IMG/VR virus record: IMGVR_UViG_3300021197_001241
Location: 1 to 62,606 of that record
DNA from: a virus
Lineage: Duplodnaviria; Caudoviricetes
Reading direction: 5' to 3' (one strand)
DNA: 62,606 nt
The notes under the pieces were generated by a model. It was not told the origin of the DNA and did no database searches. It was given only the letters and a program-made list of their open reading frames with translations. Shown here piece by piece: positions 17,413-26,914 of this stretch (positions are counted from its first letter, which is position 1; the number at the start of each line of letters is the position of its first letter). The position numbers and the translations under genes are program-made.

Positions 17413-18360
17413 TTATCCTGCAAGAAGCTGCTGTGTGTTGTGGTATTTGTTTCGATATTCAAGAAGAGCAAGCTCTTTGTGCTTTGCCTCGATCATGACG
17501 TGGACCTCTTGACCATAAGTGTCGATGTAATTTTGAATCATATCCGAATGCGCCTGTGGTCTGATCTTTGGATTGTTGTGCTCTTTTGCTCTGGATTCAG
17601 AGTAGTGGACCACAGGAATAACATCACCCCAAGTAGAGCAAGCAAGCGATAAGGCTTCGGCTTGAGACATGCCGCGATGAGTGAACAGGTGATGATGAAA
17701 GTCATGAACAACGGGAATACCAATACGAGAATGAATTTCTTCGACAAGCTCGGCTGTAGAGTACAGTGAGTCTCGGTCGTCGTTCTCTACAGTAAGTCGA
17801 GACTTGACAGCATCAGATAACTTTTCGAAGTTACGGCAGAAGTTGCCAATAGCCATTGGCTTGTCGCCGTATGTTGCGCCAACGTGAATGTTGATCTTAG
17901 CCCAAGGAGTACGAGGCTGTCCGAGCAAGTCCATCATTTCGCCATGGATCTCCAAGTCGCGAACAGTATTCTTGATTACGCGCTCCTTGGGACTCGTCAG
18001 TTTGTTGAATGGACCGGGGTGAGTAGTGAGCCTCTGACCCACACTACGGGCGAATTCCCCTGCTTTGGCAAGCTCTTCTCTGATTTGTTCGTAGTGCGGC
18101 ATATCAGAAAGCTCATACTCTGAAGCCCATGGGAACATAGCTGATGACATCCGAAAGAAATGAATGTCATTGTCGAAGTTCCATTTGAGAATTGTACGGA
18201 GATCTTTCGCATTTTGCAAAGCAAGTTCGGATGCGTATGCAATTCCACGCTGCTTGAATGTTCGTTTGATCATCGTCCGGTTGGTTGTGACACGTTTATT
18301 TTTCGGCTGTTCCGAAAGACCCATATTGATACAAGCATAACCTAGAATTTGCATAAACAC
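17413..18360 (-). CDS. uvsE: UV damage endonuclease
   Basis: LGYACIN, FFRMSS, HPGPF, IHVG, VENDD, DFHHH, HYSE, AHSD, MIEAK. Confidence 0.95.
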   Translation of the reverse strand: MFMQILGYACINMGLSEQPKNKRVTTNRTMIKRTFKQRGIAYASELALQNAKDLRTILKWNFDNDIHFFRMSSAMFPWASEYELSDMPHYEQIREELAKAGEFARSVGQRLTTHPGPFNKLTSPKERVIKNTVRDLEIHGEMMDLLGQPRTPWAKINIHVGATYGDKPMAIGNFCRNFEKLSDAVKSRLTVENDDRDSLYSTAELVEEIHSRIGIPVVHDFHHHLFTHRGMSQAEALSLACSTWGDVIPVVHYSESRAKEHNNPKIRPQAHSDMIQNYIDTYGQEVHVMIEAKHKELALLEYRNKYHNTQQLLAG

Positions 18361-18377
18361 CTCTTGTTTGTCTTATT

Positions 18378-18406
18378 AATATAGCATCTTATGAGGCTCT
18401 TGTCAA
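18378..18406 (-). promoter_or_regulatory. sigma70-type promoter for uvsE
   Basis: TTGACA-17 bp-TATATT with extended -10 TG. Confidence 0.8.
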
Positions 18407-21400
18407 GATAAAATTCTAAAATTTCTTCTAAGATTTCTTGTAGAGAATCCCCATTTTCCATTGTATTCTAGTTTAGCCATATACGGCTTGTTTACAAAAA
18501 TTTTATCATATTCTTGCACACCCCAAACTCTAATCTTTGTTAAGGTGTTGGTGTCATCGATTACCTCTATAACCCAATAAGTTTTTCCAGTCTTCGTCTT
18601 CTTTGGAATGACCTTTCGAGGGATAAACCAAACCACTTCTGACAATTGAGGGTCGTAGTTTCCAATAGCGGGAATAGACGCTTCATTTAACTGTGCATAT
18701 ACATCGTCTTTCATGACTCTGTTAAAAGGGAACACCCCGGTCAACTCCACCAGATATCCGATCTTTTCTTCATCAGTGAAGTCGCCCTCTGGCTTATAAG
18801 CCTCGATGTTCTCATCTAGGTTTTTTTGTTTCCTAGGTCGGTCTACACACACTGCTGTCCAGAAGTGCTTACCGCCGGAGAACCTTTCGTCAATTAGACT
18901 ACTCATTGCACCTGCGCGGCACAAGACATCCAATGCCTTCTTGTTTAACTTGGAATATATTATGTTTTCATTAAACAAGAATTCTTCTACTTTTTTGAAT
19001 GGTCTGTTGGCCATAATCTGTTCGATTGCTATAACACCCAATCCCTTGATGGAAGATAGGGGCTGAATCAAAGTTTCTCCGTCAGTGGAAATCTCCCATA
19101 CGCGCCCAGAAGAGTTAACATCTAATCCTTTAATTTTAAAATCAAACGACTTGGCAATGTTAATTGCTTTTTCTTTTCTAGATTCTGGCTCCTTGTCTAA
19201 GAAAGCTGCCATCCATTCTGATTGATAATAATTTAAAAGCCAAGCACACTGATAGGAGATAAAGCAATAGGAGACTGCGTGAGACTTGTTAAATCCGTAT
19301 GCGTTGAAGAACTCAAAGTTTTCCCACAATCGCTCGCCAGTAGTCCTCTGGAGACCTTTCTCGACGCACCCTGCAATAAACTTTGCTCTCAATTCGTTCT
19401 TTACTTGTGCTTCTTTGCCTGTGCCCTTCTTAGTCAATACCTTGCGGAGCATATTCCCCTCATCGAGAGAAATGTCCTTGCCTAGTCGGTGTGCCATCGA
19501 AGCGATCTGCTCTTGGAAAATCAAGAACCCATATGTTTCTTCCGTCACTTCCCTGTGTTCTTCTGTGAGATACTTTACAATATGTGGTCTGTTCTTCGCC
19601 TCCACATAATCATTATGAACATTTGCCGAAAGTGGTCCGGGTCTATAGATCGAGGTAATAGCAGCCAAGTCGATCAGGTTTGTTGGTTTTGCCTCTACAC
19701 AGAAATTTTGAGCACCCGTTTCGGTAAACTGGAAAACACCAGCCCATCTGCCTTCATGAAAAATGTTTTCATACACGTTCTGATCGTTTAAGTCGATGAC
19801 ATCTGGATGTAGATTGTTGTCATAGAACTCTTTTATTTCTTTGAACGTTGGATCTTTTACTCCGTGATGTCTTCGGAGGATGTGTGAAATGCAACCTTCA
19901 ATCATTTTTAGAGTAGACAGACCCAGCACATCGAATTTGATAAAGCCCATTGGTTCTAAGTGACGGACGTTTTGACCTTCTGACCAAGGAGTCTGTCGAA
20001 CTCCTCCAGAGTTAATTAGCGGCATCCTCTTATTGAGATCCTCGGCAACAACAACACCCCCAGCGTGACGCGAGCATGATCTGACTTGACCGACTAGGGT
20101 TTCAACGTGAGTTTTAACGTGAGGATATTTAGCAAGGAACTTGTTCAAAGATTCGCTAAACTCCATTAGGTCTTCAAATGTCGGGTTATATAATCCCGCT
20201 GTCATTCCATGCTTCTTCTTAGCTGGTCCGATAGATTCTCCTACCATCGCGCTCGTCACATTATTAACTTCAGAAAATTCAATGCCGTAAAACTTAGAGA
20301 TGTCCTTAATCAAAGATTTTAATTGCAAGGTGTTCCAATTTGAAATAGGGGCAACCTTGTCAGATCCCCAGTCGCTGATTAATGTTTCTTTCAGCTCCAT
20401 GCTATCTGCTACATCATAATCAATATCGGGATAATCTTTAGCATCTTTTCTTAAGAAGCGAGAGAATTGAAGCCCATACTTTAATGGATCCACCTGCGTA
20501 ATGTTTAAAGCATATGCCACCAGAGAACCAGCAGCAGAGCCACGTCCGGGACCGACCAACATCTTTTGGTTAGCTTTTTGACTGATTTGATCCATCGTTA
20601 AAAAGTATTTTGAAAAGCCTCGACTAGAAATAACCTCCAGCTCCTCTCGCAACCTTTCAGTGTAATCTTCTTTATTGTGTAGATCTTTCGAGCGGAGCCC
20701 TTCGAGGCAAAACTTTTCCAATGCTGAATCGGCTGTTTCGCCCGCAGGAATAACAAAGTCTGGTAGCCTCACTTCGTTGTCTGGAATAAAATTATCAATC
20801 CGATTATGAGCGATGTGGTGAGTATTCGTGAATGTTTCCATAATCATTTCATCATCGTATTCCACGCTACAATCAGAAGAATATTTTTTATATGCATCCC
20901 ACATTTGGTTTCCATTCCGTGGGTATAATTCATATCCTACCTCTTCCACATCAATGGGTAGCTCGCCGTCTCCAGCCCATGAGGGCTTTGATTTACCAAG
21001 CCAGCCCAGTCGTTTGTATAATTCTCTGTCTTTCCAAGCCTTCGGGTTTGGATAATGAGAATCAGAAGTAGAGATCAGACTAATTCCAAATTCCTCATGC
21101 ATCTTGATGATCAACTTATTGAGTTCATGTTGCTCTGGAATGTTGTTCCATTGGAGTTCTCCATACCAGCGGTCACCGAAGATATCAACCATTTTGGTTG
21201 TGGTTTCTCGCATGGCGTTTAGGACAGCCTCTTCGCCCTTCTCGCGGTTTTCCCAATAATTACCAGCATAGACACCACCTAAACACGCGGATGCCGCTAT
21301 GACTCCCTTAGAATACTTTTTGAGTAATTTATAATCAACTCGTGGATAGCGATAATAGTTACCCGGCGAGAACGATTCAGAAATCAAAGAAAAAAGATTA

Positions 21401-21825
21401 TTCAAACCTTCTTGATTCTGCGCTAAAAGGATCATATGTCGTCGTCGATTTAAAATATTGCGAACTGCTTTCTTTGATGCGTCCTCATCTTCGACAGTTG
21501 TTGCAGTAACATCCTTGCTCAATGTTTTGCTTTTCTTCTTGTCAGCCTTAGCTGCATCGTAATCCTCTTTCCATTCCTCAATCGATGGGAGGAAGTAAGC
21601 TTCGACACCAAAGATGGGCTTGAAATCTCGGCCATCTGCTTTCATTTTCTTTGCGTGCAAAACTTGGTGTGGCAAGCCATTCATGTTCCCGTGATCAGTC
21701 AAAGCCAAAGCTGTCATTCCGTTCTCATAAGCAAAGTCCATATGTTCTTGGGGATACCCAAGAGCATCAAAAATAGAACCAGCAACAGAATGGGCATGAA
21801 GCCCGACAAATGGAATCTTTTTCAT
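18403..21825 (-). CDS. dnaE: DNA polymerase III alpha subunit (family C)
   Basis: PHP domain (LHAHS, TDHGN, SDSHY), GRGSAAGS, PDIDYD, HAGGVV, KFDVLGL, FNKSHA; start MKKIPF after GGAGG. Confidence 0.97.
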   Translation of the reverse strand: MKKIPFVGLHAHSVAGSIFDALGYPQEHMDFAYENGMTALALTDHGNMNGLPHQVLHAKKMKADGRDFKPIFGVEAYFLPSIEEWKEDYDAAKADKKKSKTLSKDVTATTVEDEDASKKAVRNILNRRRHMILLAQNQEGLNNLFSLISESFSPGNYYRYPRVDYKLLKKYSKGVIAASACLGGVYAGNYWENREKGEEAVLNAMRETTTKMVDIFGDRWYGELQWNNIPEQHELNKLIIKMHEEFGISLISTSDSHYPNPKAWKDRELYKRLGWLGKSKPSWAGDGELPIDVEEVGYELYPRNGNQMWDAYKKYSSDCSVEYDDEMIMETFTNTHHIAHNRIDNFIPDNEVRLPDFVIPAGETADSALEKFCLEGLRSKDLHNKEDYTERLREELEVISSRGFSKYFLTMDQISQKANQKMLVGPGRGSAAGSLVAYALNITQVDPLKYGLQFSRFLRKDAKDYPDIDYDVADSMELKETLISDWGSDKVAPISNWNTLQLKSLIKDISKFYGIEFSEVNNVTSAMVGESIGPAKKKHGMTAGLYNPTFEDLMEFSESLNKFLAKYPHVKTHVETLVGQVRSCSRHAGGVVVAEDLNKRMPLINSGGVRQTPWSEGQNVRHLEPMGFIKFDVLGLSTLKMIEGCISHILRRHHGVKDPTFKEIKEFYDNNLHPDVIDLNDQNVYENIFHEGRWAGVFQFTETGAQNFCVEAKPTNLIDLAAITSIYRPGPLSANVHNDYVEAKNRPHIVKYLTEEHREVTEETYGFLIFQEQIASMAHRLGKDISLDEGNMLRKVLTKKGTGKEAQVKNELRAKFIAGCVEKGLQRTTGERLWENFEFFNAYGFNKSHAVSYCFISYQCAWLLNYYQSEWMAAFLDKEPESRKEKAINIAKSFDFKIKGLDVNSSGRVWEISTDGETLIQPLSSIKGLGVIAIEQIMANRPFKKVEEFLFNENIIYSKLNKKALDVLCRAGAMSSLIDERFSGGKHFWTAVCVDRPRKQKNLDENIEAYKPEGDFTDEEKIGYLVELTGVFPFNRVMKDDVYAQLNEASIPAIGNYDPQLSEVVWFIPRKVIPKKTKTGKTYWVIEVIDDTNTLTKIRVWGVQEYDKIFVNKPYMAKLEYNGKWGFSTRNLRRNFRILS

Positions 21826-21849
21826 TCTAATAACCTCCAATAGAATGTA

Positions 21850-21879
21850 ATTATAGCACAGTACTGATGAAGTTGTCAA
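21850..21879 (-). promoter_or_regulatory. sigma70-type promoter for dnaE
   Basis: TTGACA-18 bp-TATAAT with extended -10 TG, inside the 3' end of the upstream gene. Confidence 0.7.
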
Positions 21880-22132
21880 CCATTTTTATTACTTTTTTCT
21901 TATCTTCTGATGATTCAAACTTATGTTGAGACACTTGGTATCGCAAAACTCCCGCTGCCTTCTGAATCTTACCGATGTCTGGAGCTGAAATGTTTGAGAG
22001 TGCATCTCGCATTTCACGATTTTCCTTTTGTGTGTGAAGATGATCGTTCTCAATCATTAATTGCATTTTTTCAATATGCAACAATAGATTCTTTTTGGTC
22101 ATCTTGTTTAATTCTGCTTTGGCTTTACTCAT
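21851..22132 (-). CDS. hypothetical coiled-coil protein
   Basis: AGGAG SD before MSKAKAE at 22132. Confidence 0.65.
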   Translation of the reverse strand: MSKAKAELNKMTKKNLLLHIEKMQLMIENDHLHTQKENREMRDALSNISAPDIGKIQKAAGVLRYQVSQHKFESSEDKKKVIKMVDNFISTVL

Positions 22133-22157
22133 TGTCTTCTCCTGTAATATATTGATA

Positions 22158-22979
22158 TTATTTATTTGTAGCAATTATTTCTGAGACTTTTTTTCTAGAA
22201 CTAGCTTTTGCGGAAATCGTTCTTGATACTAATATTTCCTGCAAATTTAACCCCTTGTAAAGTTCTCTAGTTCTAGGCGTATCGCTATTGGATACCACAA
22301 CTCTGTGCTTTGAATCATATATACAAGAAGCTAATTTCTCTTGCTGTGCCAACCCAAATGATTCTGGAGAATAGCTTGTAAAAGATGAAGTTTCGCTCAT
22401 GGGAATATATGGAGGATCGCAATAAATGACAGTATTCTTATTGGTAGAAATTTCATTAGCAATATTAAATACCTCCCCAAAGTCATTGCTAATAAATTCC
22501 ACTTTTTGGCTTTTTTCAGCAAATAATTCTATTGCCTCTATGGGAAACTGTGGGTTTTTATATTTTCCATAAGGAACATTAAAGCCACCTGACCTATTAT
22601 ATCTACACAACCCATTGAAAGAATGTCTATTCAAATATATAAAAAGTGCCGATCTTTCGCTACTGCCAATATCTAAGTTGTTAAATCTTTCGCGAAATTC
22701 ATAAAATACTTCAGAAGAATTAGATTCATGGGAGAAAAAACTTTGGGCATATTCAATAAATTGTGGCCCGGTTTCTTTAAGCTCCTTAAATAAAGAAATC
22801 AAATCAGTATTTAGGTCGTTTATCAAATATTTTTCGCTTTCAACATTTAGCCAGACCACCCCCGAACCACAAAATGGTTCAATGAAAACATCTGGAGAAC
22901 CAATGAGTGGCAAAAGTTTTGGCAAAAGCTTTCTTTTTCCACCAGCCCACTTTAAAAATGCTTTATTGTAGTTGCCCAT
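22158..22979 (-). CDS. dam: Dam-family DNA adenine methyltransferase
   Basis: FLKWAGGK, EPFCGSG, LNRHSFNGLCRYN, FNVPYG, CDPPY. Confidence 0.93.
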   Translation of the reverse strand: MGNYNKAFLKWAGGKRKLLPKLLPLIGSPDVFIEPFCGSGVVWLNVESEKYLINDLNTDLISLFKELKETGPQFIEYAQSFFSHESNSSEVFYEFRERFNNLDIGSSERSALFIYLNRHSFNGLCRYNRSGGFNVPYGKYKNPQFPIEAIELFAEKSQKVEFISNDFGEVFNIANEISTNKNTVIYCDPPYIPMSETSSFTSYSPESFGLAQQEKLASCIYDSKHRVVVSNSDTPRTRELYKGLNLQEILVSRTISAKASSRKKVSEIIATNK

Positions 22980-23442
22980 TTTTACACTCCGTTATATAAT
23001 TTTTAAGTTCTGATAATTCTGTACACACCTTTATTTTTTTAGAAGCCCAAGACTGTGGTATTCTCCCATTTTGATGCCCTTGGTATGAAGCCCAATTAGC
23101 TGGCACGCACATCTCTTTAAACCAATCCACCGAGCCTTTTGCCCACCCATTTCCCAATATCGCAAATATAATTTCGTCTTCCTCATAATGATTATATGCA
23201 TGGATTAGCATGTTGGGCATTTTTTCCGACACACTTCCGGAGACATTTTGAGTTTTGACTTCTACTCTTATTTTTCTATTTTTGGAAATATGCACGACTC
23301 CATCTGATTTTCCCTTTCTGGGACCGTATGCCTTTTCGAAAAGTGCCTGTTTTTCATATTGTAGACCTGCATTTTCTACAATTAACTGTACACTTTCCTC
23401 CGCTTCGTATCCATTTTTATTTGCCTTACATCCACCAGCCAC
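22963..23442 (-). CDS. PD-(D/E)XK nuclease (restriction-endonuclease-like)
   Basis: E...SDG...VEVKTQNVSGSVSEK; overlaps the dam start. Confidence 0.7.
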   Translation of the reverse strand: MAGGCKANKNGYEAEESVQLIVENAGLQYEKQALFEKAYGPRKGKSDGVVHISKNRKIRVEVKTQNVSGSVSEKMPNMLIHAYNHYEEDEIIFAILGNGWAKGSVDWFKEMCVPANWASYQGHQNGRIPQSWASKKIKVCTELSELKNYITECKNGQLQ

Positions 23443-23462
23443 TAATCCCTCCTCTAAAGAAT

Positions 23463-24347
23463 TTACTCTTCATCATCGACTCCTATTTCATTCCATTCGT
23501 GATACTTCATAAAGATTGGGTGAGGTCTTTCAACCTGCTTCCTTTCTTCTGACCCCAAGTAATTGCAATACCCATCCCAAGAATCTACGTTGTAATACCA
23601 AGGGACTTCAACTTTCTTTTCTATATCTATTATAACAGGTTTAAAGATTTTGTCAAGGGAAAAATAACGTGCAGACCATCTTTCTTCTTTTGGCAGCTTC
23701 TCCCTTGGGAATATGCCGCCTTCCATAACCTTTGAATTGTATTCTCCGGTGCCCTTTCTTATTTCCCTGCGGCATTTGACGAAATCATCTTTGTCGAATG
23801 TAAATCCAAGATACTCTCCGTCTTGCACTGTCTTGCCGTTGTGCGACAACATAAATGAATTGTTGCTTGAGATTATTTTTCTATGCTCTCGGATTATCTC
23901 TGGATCATAAACACCATAAGGAAAAGCCACATAGTTTCTTTTTGGTATCACCCACTTGCTTAACCTTGCTGACACTTCAAAGGCAGTAACAGCACCGTGA
24001 AGAACTGACCAAGCCAAGCAGTCTCTCTTTCCTATATCTTTGGCCCTTACTGGAACATAATAGATTGGTATTTGTTTTCGTGTCTGTGATGGATAAGGGT
24101 CAAGGCTACGACCAATCCAAACAGGATCCTGCACCCACTCTCCTAGCCTATGTCTGATAAGCGGTGTCATATCATCGTTGGCTACAATCCAGATGGTTTC
24201 GCATCCAGCCCATGCACACTCAAAGACCGCTCGTTCAACTGCGAGGTAGTCTGGCGCGATTGGCATTAGCGAATCATGCCAATCCATTTTAAAATCGAGT
24301 GGCTGTCCTGCCACGGGAACAATCCCTGCTAAATGAAAAGAACTCAA
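23463..24347 (-). CDS. NTP-transferase (sugar nucleotidyltransferase) fold protein, divergent
   Basis: AGIVPVAG, LMPIA, AGCETIWIV match the N-terminal pattern of the NTP_transferase fold; GxGTR motif absent. Confidence 0.6.
   Translation of the reverse strand: MSSFHLAGIVPVAGQPLDFKMDWHDSLMPIAPDYLAVERAVFECAWAGCETIWIVANDDMTPLIRHRLGEWVQDPVWIGRSLDPYPSQTRKQIPIYYVPVRAKDIGKRDCLAWSVLHGAVTAFEVSARLSKWVIPKRNYVAFPYGVYDPEIIREHRKIISSNNSFMLSHNGKTVQDGEYLGFTFDKDDFVKCRREIRKGTGEYNSKVMEGGIFPREKLPKEERWSARYFSLDKIFKPVIIDIEKKVEVPWYYNVDSWDGYCNYLGSEERKQVERPHPIFMKYHEWNEIGVDDEE
23629..23656 (-). promoter_or_regulatory. intragenic sigma70-type promoter
   Basis: TTGACA-16 bp-TATAAT with extended -10 TG, upstream of the nuclease-dam pair. 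Confidence 0.6.
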
Positions 24348-25376
24348 TTAACCTTCTTTTGCTGTGTCCATAAGTTTCTCTAAATCATGCATACTCTTCG
24401 GAGGATTGTATGGAGGTAATCCAGCATCTTGCTTGTGCTTTGCATATAGCCCAAGCAACTGGTCCCTTGCACGGTATAAGACTTTAAGAGCATGCTCTAG
24501 GGCTTCAGTTGGGTCTGACAGCTTGTGCGACATGATACCCCCGACACCACGAGATTCGAGGTCGGTGGGCCATTTGTGGGTACCATTTTCAATCTGTTTT
24601 TTAACCACCATCATCTGCGACAGCAGCGGGTCAACGGCTTTTTCATACACTCCTATCGCCATAATGAGAACACGTTTATATTCATTCATTCGCTTTTTGG
24701 GATCAAAAATCACTGAAGACGCTGAATGCACTGACCTTATTAATTTGTTTAGATAGTCAGCGTCTAACTGGGTTTCAAAAACCTTTCTCAAAGTTTCACT
24801 ATCTATATCGGCAGTGTCTTTCCCCATGCCGAAGATCTCATTTACCTCTTCGCGAACCTTTGCTTTTCCCATTAAGTTTTCTAAATCATGCATATTTGGC
24901 TTCGGCTTATAGGGCGGCATATTCGAAACCTTGTTTCGGTGTCTCTTATATGCTCCGAGAATTTTGTTTCTCATATTCAAAATTAGCTCTATGAGTTGTT
25001 TTATTAAATCCGAATCATTTTCCCAAGATGCTACTTCATCTGGCAGGTAATGGTTCACTGATTTAGCTACGAAAGGATCTATGGTGCGAGTGGATTTGTC
25101 GATTTGGCTCTTGGCGACCATAAGTCGAGACAACATTGGATCTACTTCTTCCTCATAATCTTTTATTAATTTTTCAAGATATTCTTTATAAAGCTCTTGA
25201 GAGTATCCCTCTTCTTCCAGACCTCTCACTGCATGATTAATGGCAATGGGGATTTGTTGAATAGCATCCAGATGATCGGTGTCTAAATCAATGTATTTTT
25301 TGCCCATGCCGAAGATTTCATTGGTTTCTTCTTGTTCCTTGATGTATTCTCGCCAATTTTCAAGTAGGAGTTTCAT
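24348..25376 (-). CDS. MKLLLENWR-leader protein with two tandem homologous ~160-aa helical domains
   Basis: both halves start NEIFGMGK, share YE..VDP.LS..MV.K.QI and end PPY.P...MHDLE.LM. Confidence 0.8.
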   Translation of the reverse strand: MKLLLENWREYIKEQEETNEIFGMGKKYIDLDTDHLDAIQQIPIAINHAVRGLEEEGYSQELYKEYLEKLIKDYEEEVDPMLSRLMVAKSQIDKSTRTIDPFVAKSVNHYLPDEVASWENDSDLIKQLIELILNMRNKILGAYKRHRNKVSNMPPYKPKPNMHDLENLMGKAKVREEVNEIFGMGKDTADIDSETLRKVFETQLDADYLNKLIRSVHSASSVIFDPKKRMNEYKRVLIMAIGVYEKAVDPLLSQMMVVKKQIENGTHKWPTDLESRGVGGIMSHKLSDPTEALEHALKVLYRARDQLLGLYAKHKQDAGLPPYNPPKSMHDLEKLMDTAKEG

Positions 25377-25387
25377 TTTCTATTCTC
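25348..25387 (-). repeat. 40-bp direct repeat copy 2 (start region plus MKLLLENWR codons)
   Basis: GAGAATAGAAAATGAAACTCCTACTTGAAAATTGGCGAGA identical to 25798-25837. Confidence 0.95.
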
Positions 25388-25826
25388 CAATAAAATTTTC
25401 TATAGTGGCACCGCACTGCTTGCCTATTCCAAAAAATCCATTCATCTGCGGTAACCTGTCGGAATAAGAATAAATCCGATGTTCCCCGTCCACGACAGAA
25501 ATTTTCCACCGACCTTCATCACAATAATTCCCCTCATGATCAGACAGCACAAAGATAGGGGGCAGAGTATCTTGGCTTTCCAATTCCTCACTCCGATACC
25601 TTTCTGGATTAAATGGTCTCGTTTTCGGAAGATTATCAGAAATGAACTTGACATTATACCATGTGTAATCGCTCATACTTGAACCCCAAAAAAGTATCCC
25701 AACATCGCCACCCGTCAAGACCAACTCTTCCTTGACTCTCTGGGGATCAATTGGATTGGGATCAAATGAGGCAACAACTTTAGGAAACCTAAGTCGGTCT
25801 CGCCAATTTTCAAGTAGGAGTTTCAT
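25380..25826 (-). CDS. MKLLLENWR-leader protein with ParB/sulfiredoxin-like domain
   Basis: LPPIFV...VVDGEHR motif. Confidence 0.7.
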   Translation of the reverse strand: MKLLLENWRDRLRFPKVVASFDPNPIDPQRVKEELVLTGGDVGILFWGSSMSDYTWYNVKFISDNLPKTRPFNPERYRSEELESQDTLPPIFVLSDHEGNYCDEGRWKISVVDGEHRIYSYSDRLPQMNGFFGIGKQCGATIENFIGE

Positions 25827-25837
25827 TTTCTATTCTC
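25798..25837 (-). repeat. 40-bp direct repeat copy 1
   Basis: identical to 25348-25387, 450 bp apart. Confidence 0.95.
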
Positions 25838-26020
25838 TGGTAATTTTGATTCCAAAAAAGAGATAAGAGATCTTACATCAGAACCGAGTGGCGGATGTAC
25901 ATCTGGAACAAAAGCGTGTAGTGCTTGCCCTATAGATGACAGGAAAAGGCGAGAACTCAAAGCCATGGCATGTCGGCAATGAGTTAGGTAAGTTTCGTTA
26001 ACGTCTTTTAAGTGTCCCAT
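25823..26020 (-). CDS. small membrane protein (DUF6356-like)
   Basis: HL..VNETY..H...A....LHAFVP pattern. Confidence 0.7.
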   Translation of the reverse strand: MGHLKDVNETYLTHCRHAMALSSRLFLSSIGQALHAFVPDVHPPLGSDVRSLISFLESKLPENRK

Positions 26021-26028
26021 AACTTATA

Positions 26029-26036
26029 TAATTAGT
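26029..26036 (-). promoter_or_regulatory. putative late-promoter motif ACTAATTA
   Basis: 8 nt before the ATG at 26020, no SD; overlaps the upstream stop. Confidence 0.45.
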
Positions 26037-26901
26037 TTGTTTTGGTTAATAAGTTCAATAATTTTGACGAGTAGTTATTCGGATCACATTCAAATTGCTC
26101 TATGATTTCTTCTGGAGTGTCATAACGGAACTCAAACCGAGCATCTTCTTCATAATAATTCGTGACATCTGGAATTATTTCTCTTTGTGTTGCCTCAATC
26201 TTGGGAGAATAGTACCGATAAGTCTCTGGGTTTTTCATGTCTCGACCGTTACGAGCACCCTTGATCCCAGCATCTTTCATCATCTGTAATATTTTGAATC
26301 TAGCCATTGTGTCAGAATACTCAAAGTCTCTTACTTGATCTTCTTCTAAAGATGATACCGCGACCAGATCTTTTCTAACTCTTCCTGACGCTTGATTTCC
26401 AAATCTGTCGGAGGGGTAAAAGATAACTTTTCTGATGAATTCATCTTGGGTCTCAAGCAAATCATGGTCATGCTCCATGCCAGAGCGCACATTAAACCAG
26501 TCCAGAACTCGTGATTTTCCAACTTGTTTCCTTTTTATTGGTGGAAGCCCGTAGACCCCGATGTCGTTAAAAATTATTAATTTATTAAACTCAAAGCGTC
26601 CGAGTCTAGAATTGTGAGTAGCGACTTTTAAAAGATTGTCTCTGATATTTAGACTTTGAGCCTTATCTCCCACAAGGAGCTGTCCAGACAATCCAAGAAT
26701 AAAATTTATTTGCTCATGCGCCTGAAGCATGTTTTGTGTCTTGAATGAGGACAATTCTTTTTCAAACTCATCAAACCTAAAGGGAGCATCAAAGCCTCTA
26801 TAAACACAAGGAAAGTTATTATAATAAGCATACAGTTTAGCACTTAAACCACCTCCAATGACAATCTTATTGTATTGATATATATGTTTATCTAATCTCA
26901 A
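26032..26901 (-). CDS. Rossmann-fold (FAD/NAD-binding-like) protein, divergent
   Basis: N-terminal KIVIGGGLSA dinucleotide-binding motif; remainder unrecognised. Confidence 0.55.
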   Translation of the reverse strand: MRLDKHIYQYNKIVIGGGLSAKLYAYYNNFPCVYRGFDAPFRFDEFEKELSSFKTQNMLQAHEQINFILGLSGQLLVGDKAQSLNIRDNLLKVATHNSRLGRFEFNKLIIFNDIGVYGLPPIKRKQVGKSRVLDWFNVRSGMEHDHDLLETQDEFIRKVIFYPSDRFGNQASGRVRKDLVAVSSLEEDQVRDFEYSDTMARFKILQMMKDAGIKGARNGRDMKNPETYRYYSPKIEATQREIIPDVTNYYEEDARFEFRYDTPEEIIEQFECDPNNYSSKLLNLLTKTN

Positions 26902-26914
26902 AACGCCACTTAGT

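Noticed and set aside
25348-25837. IS element or CRISPR mini-array explanation for the 40-bp repeats
   Set aside because: No transposase, terminal inverted repeats or cas genes; the 410-bp interval is a coding gene and the repeat itself is coding.
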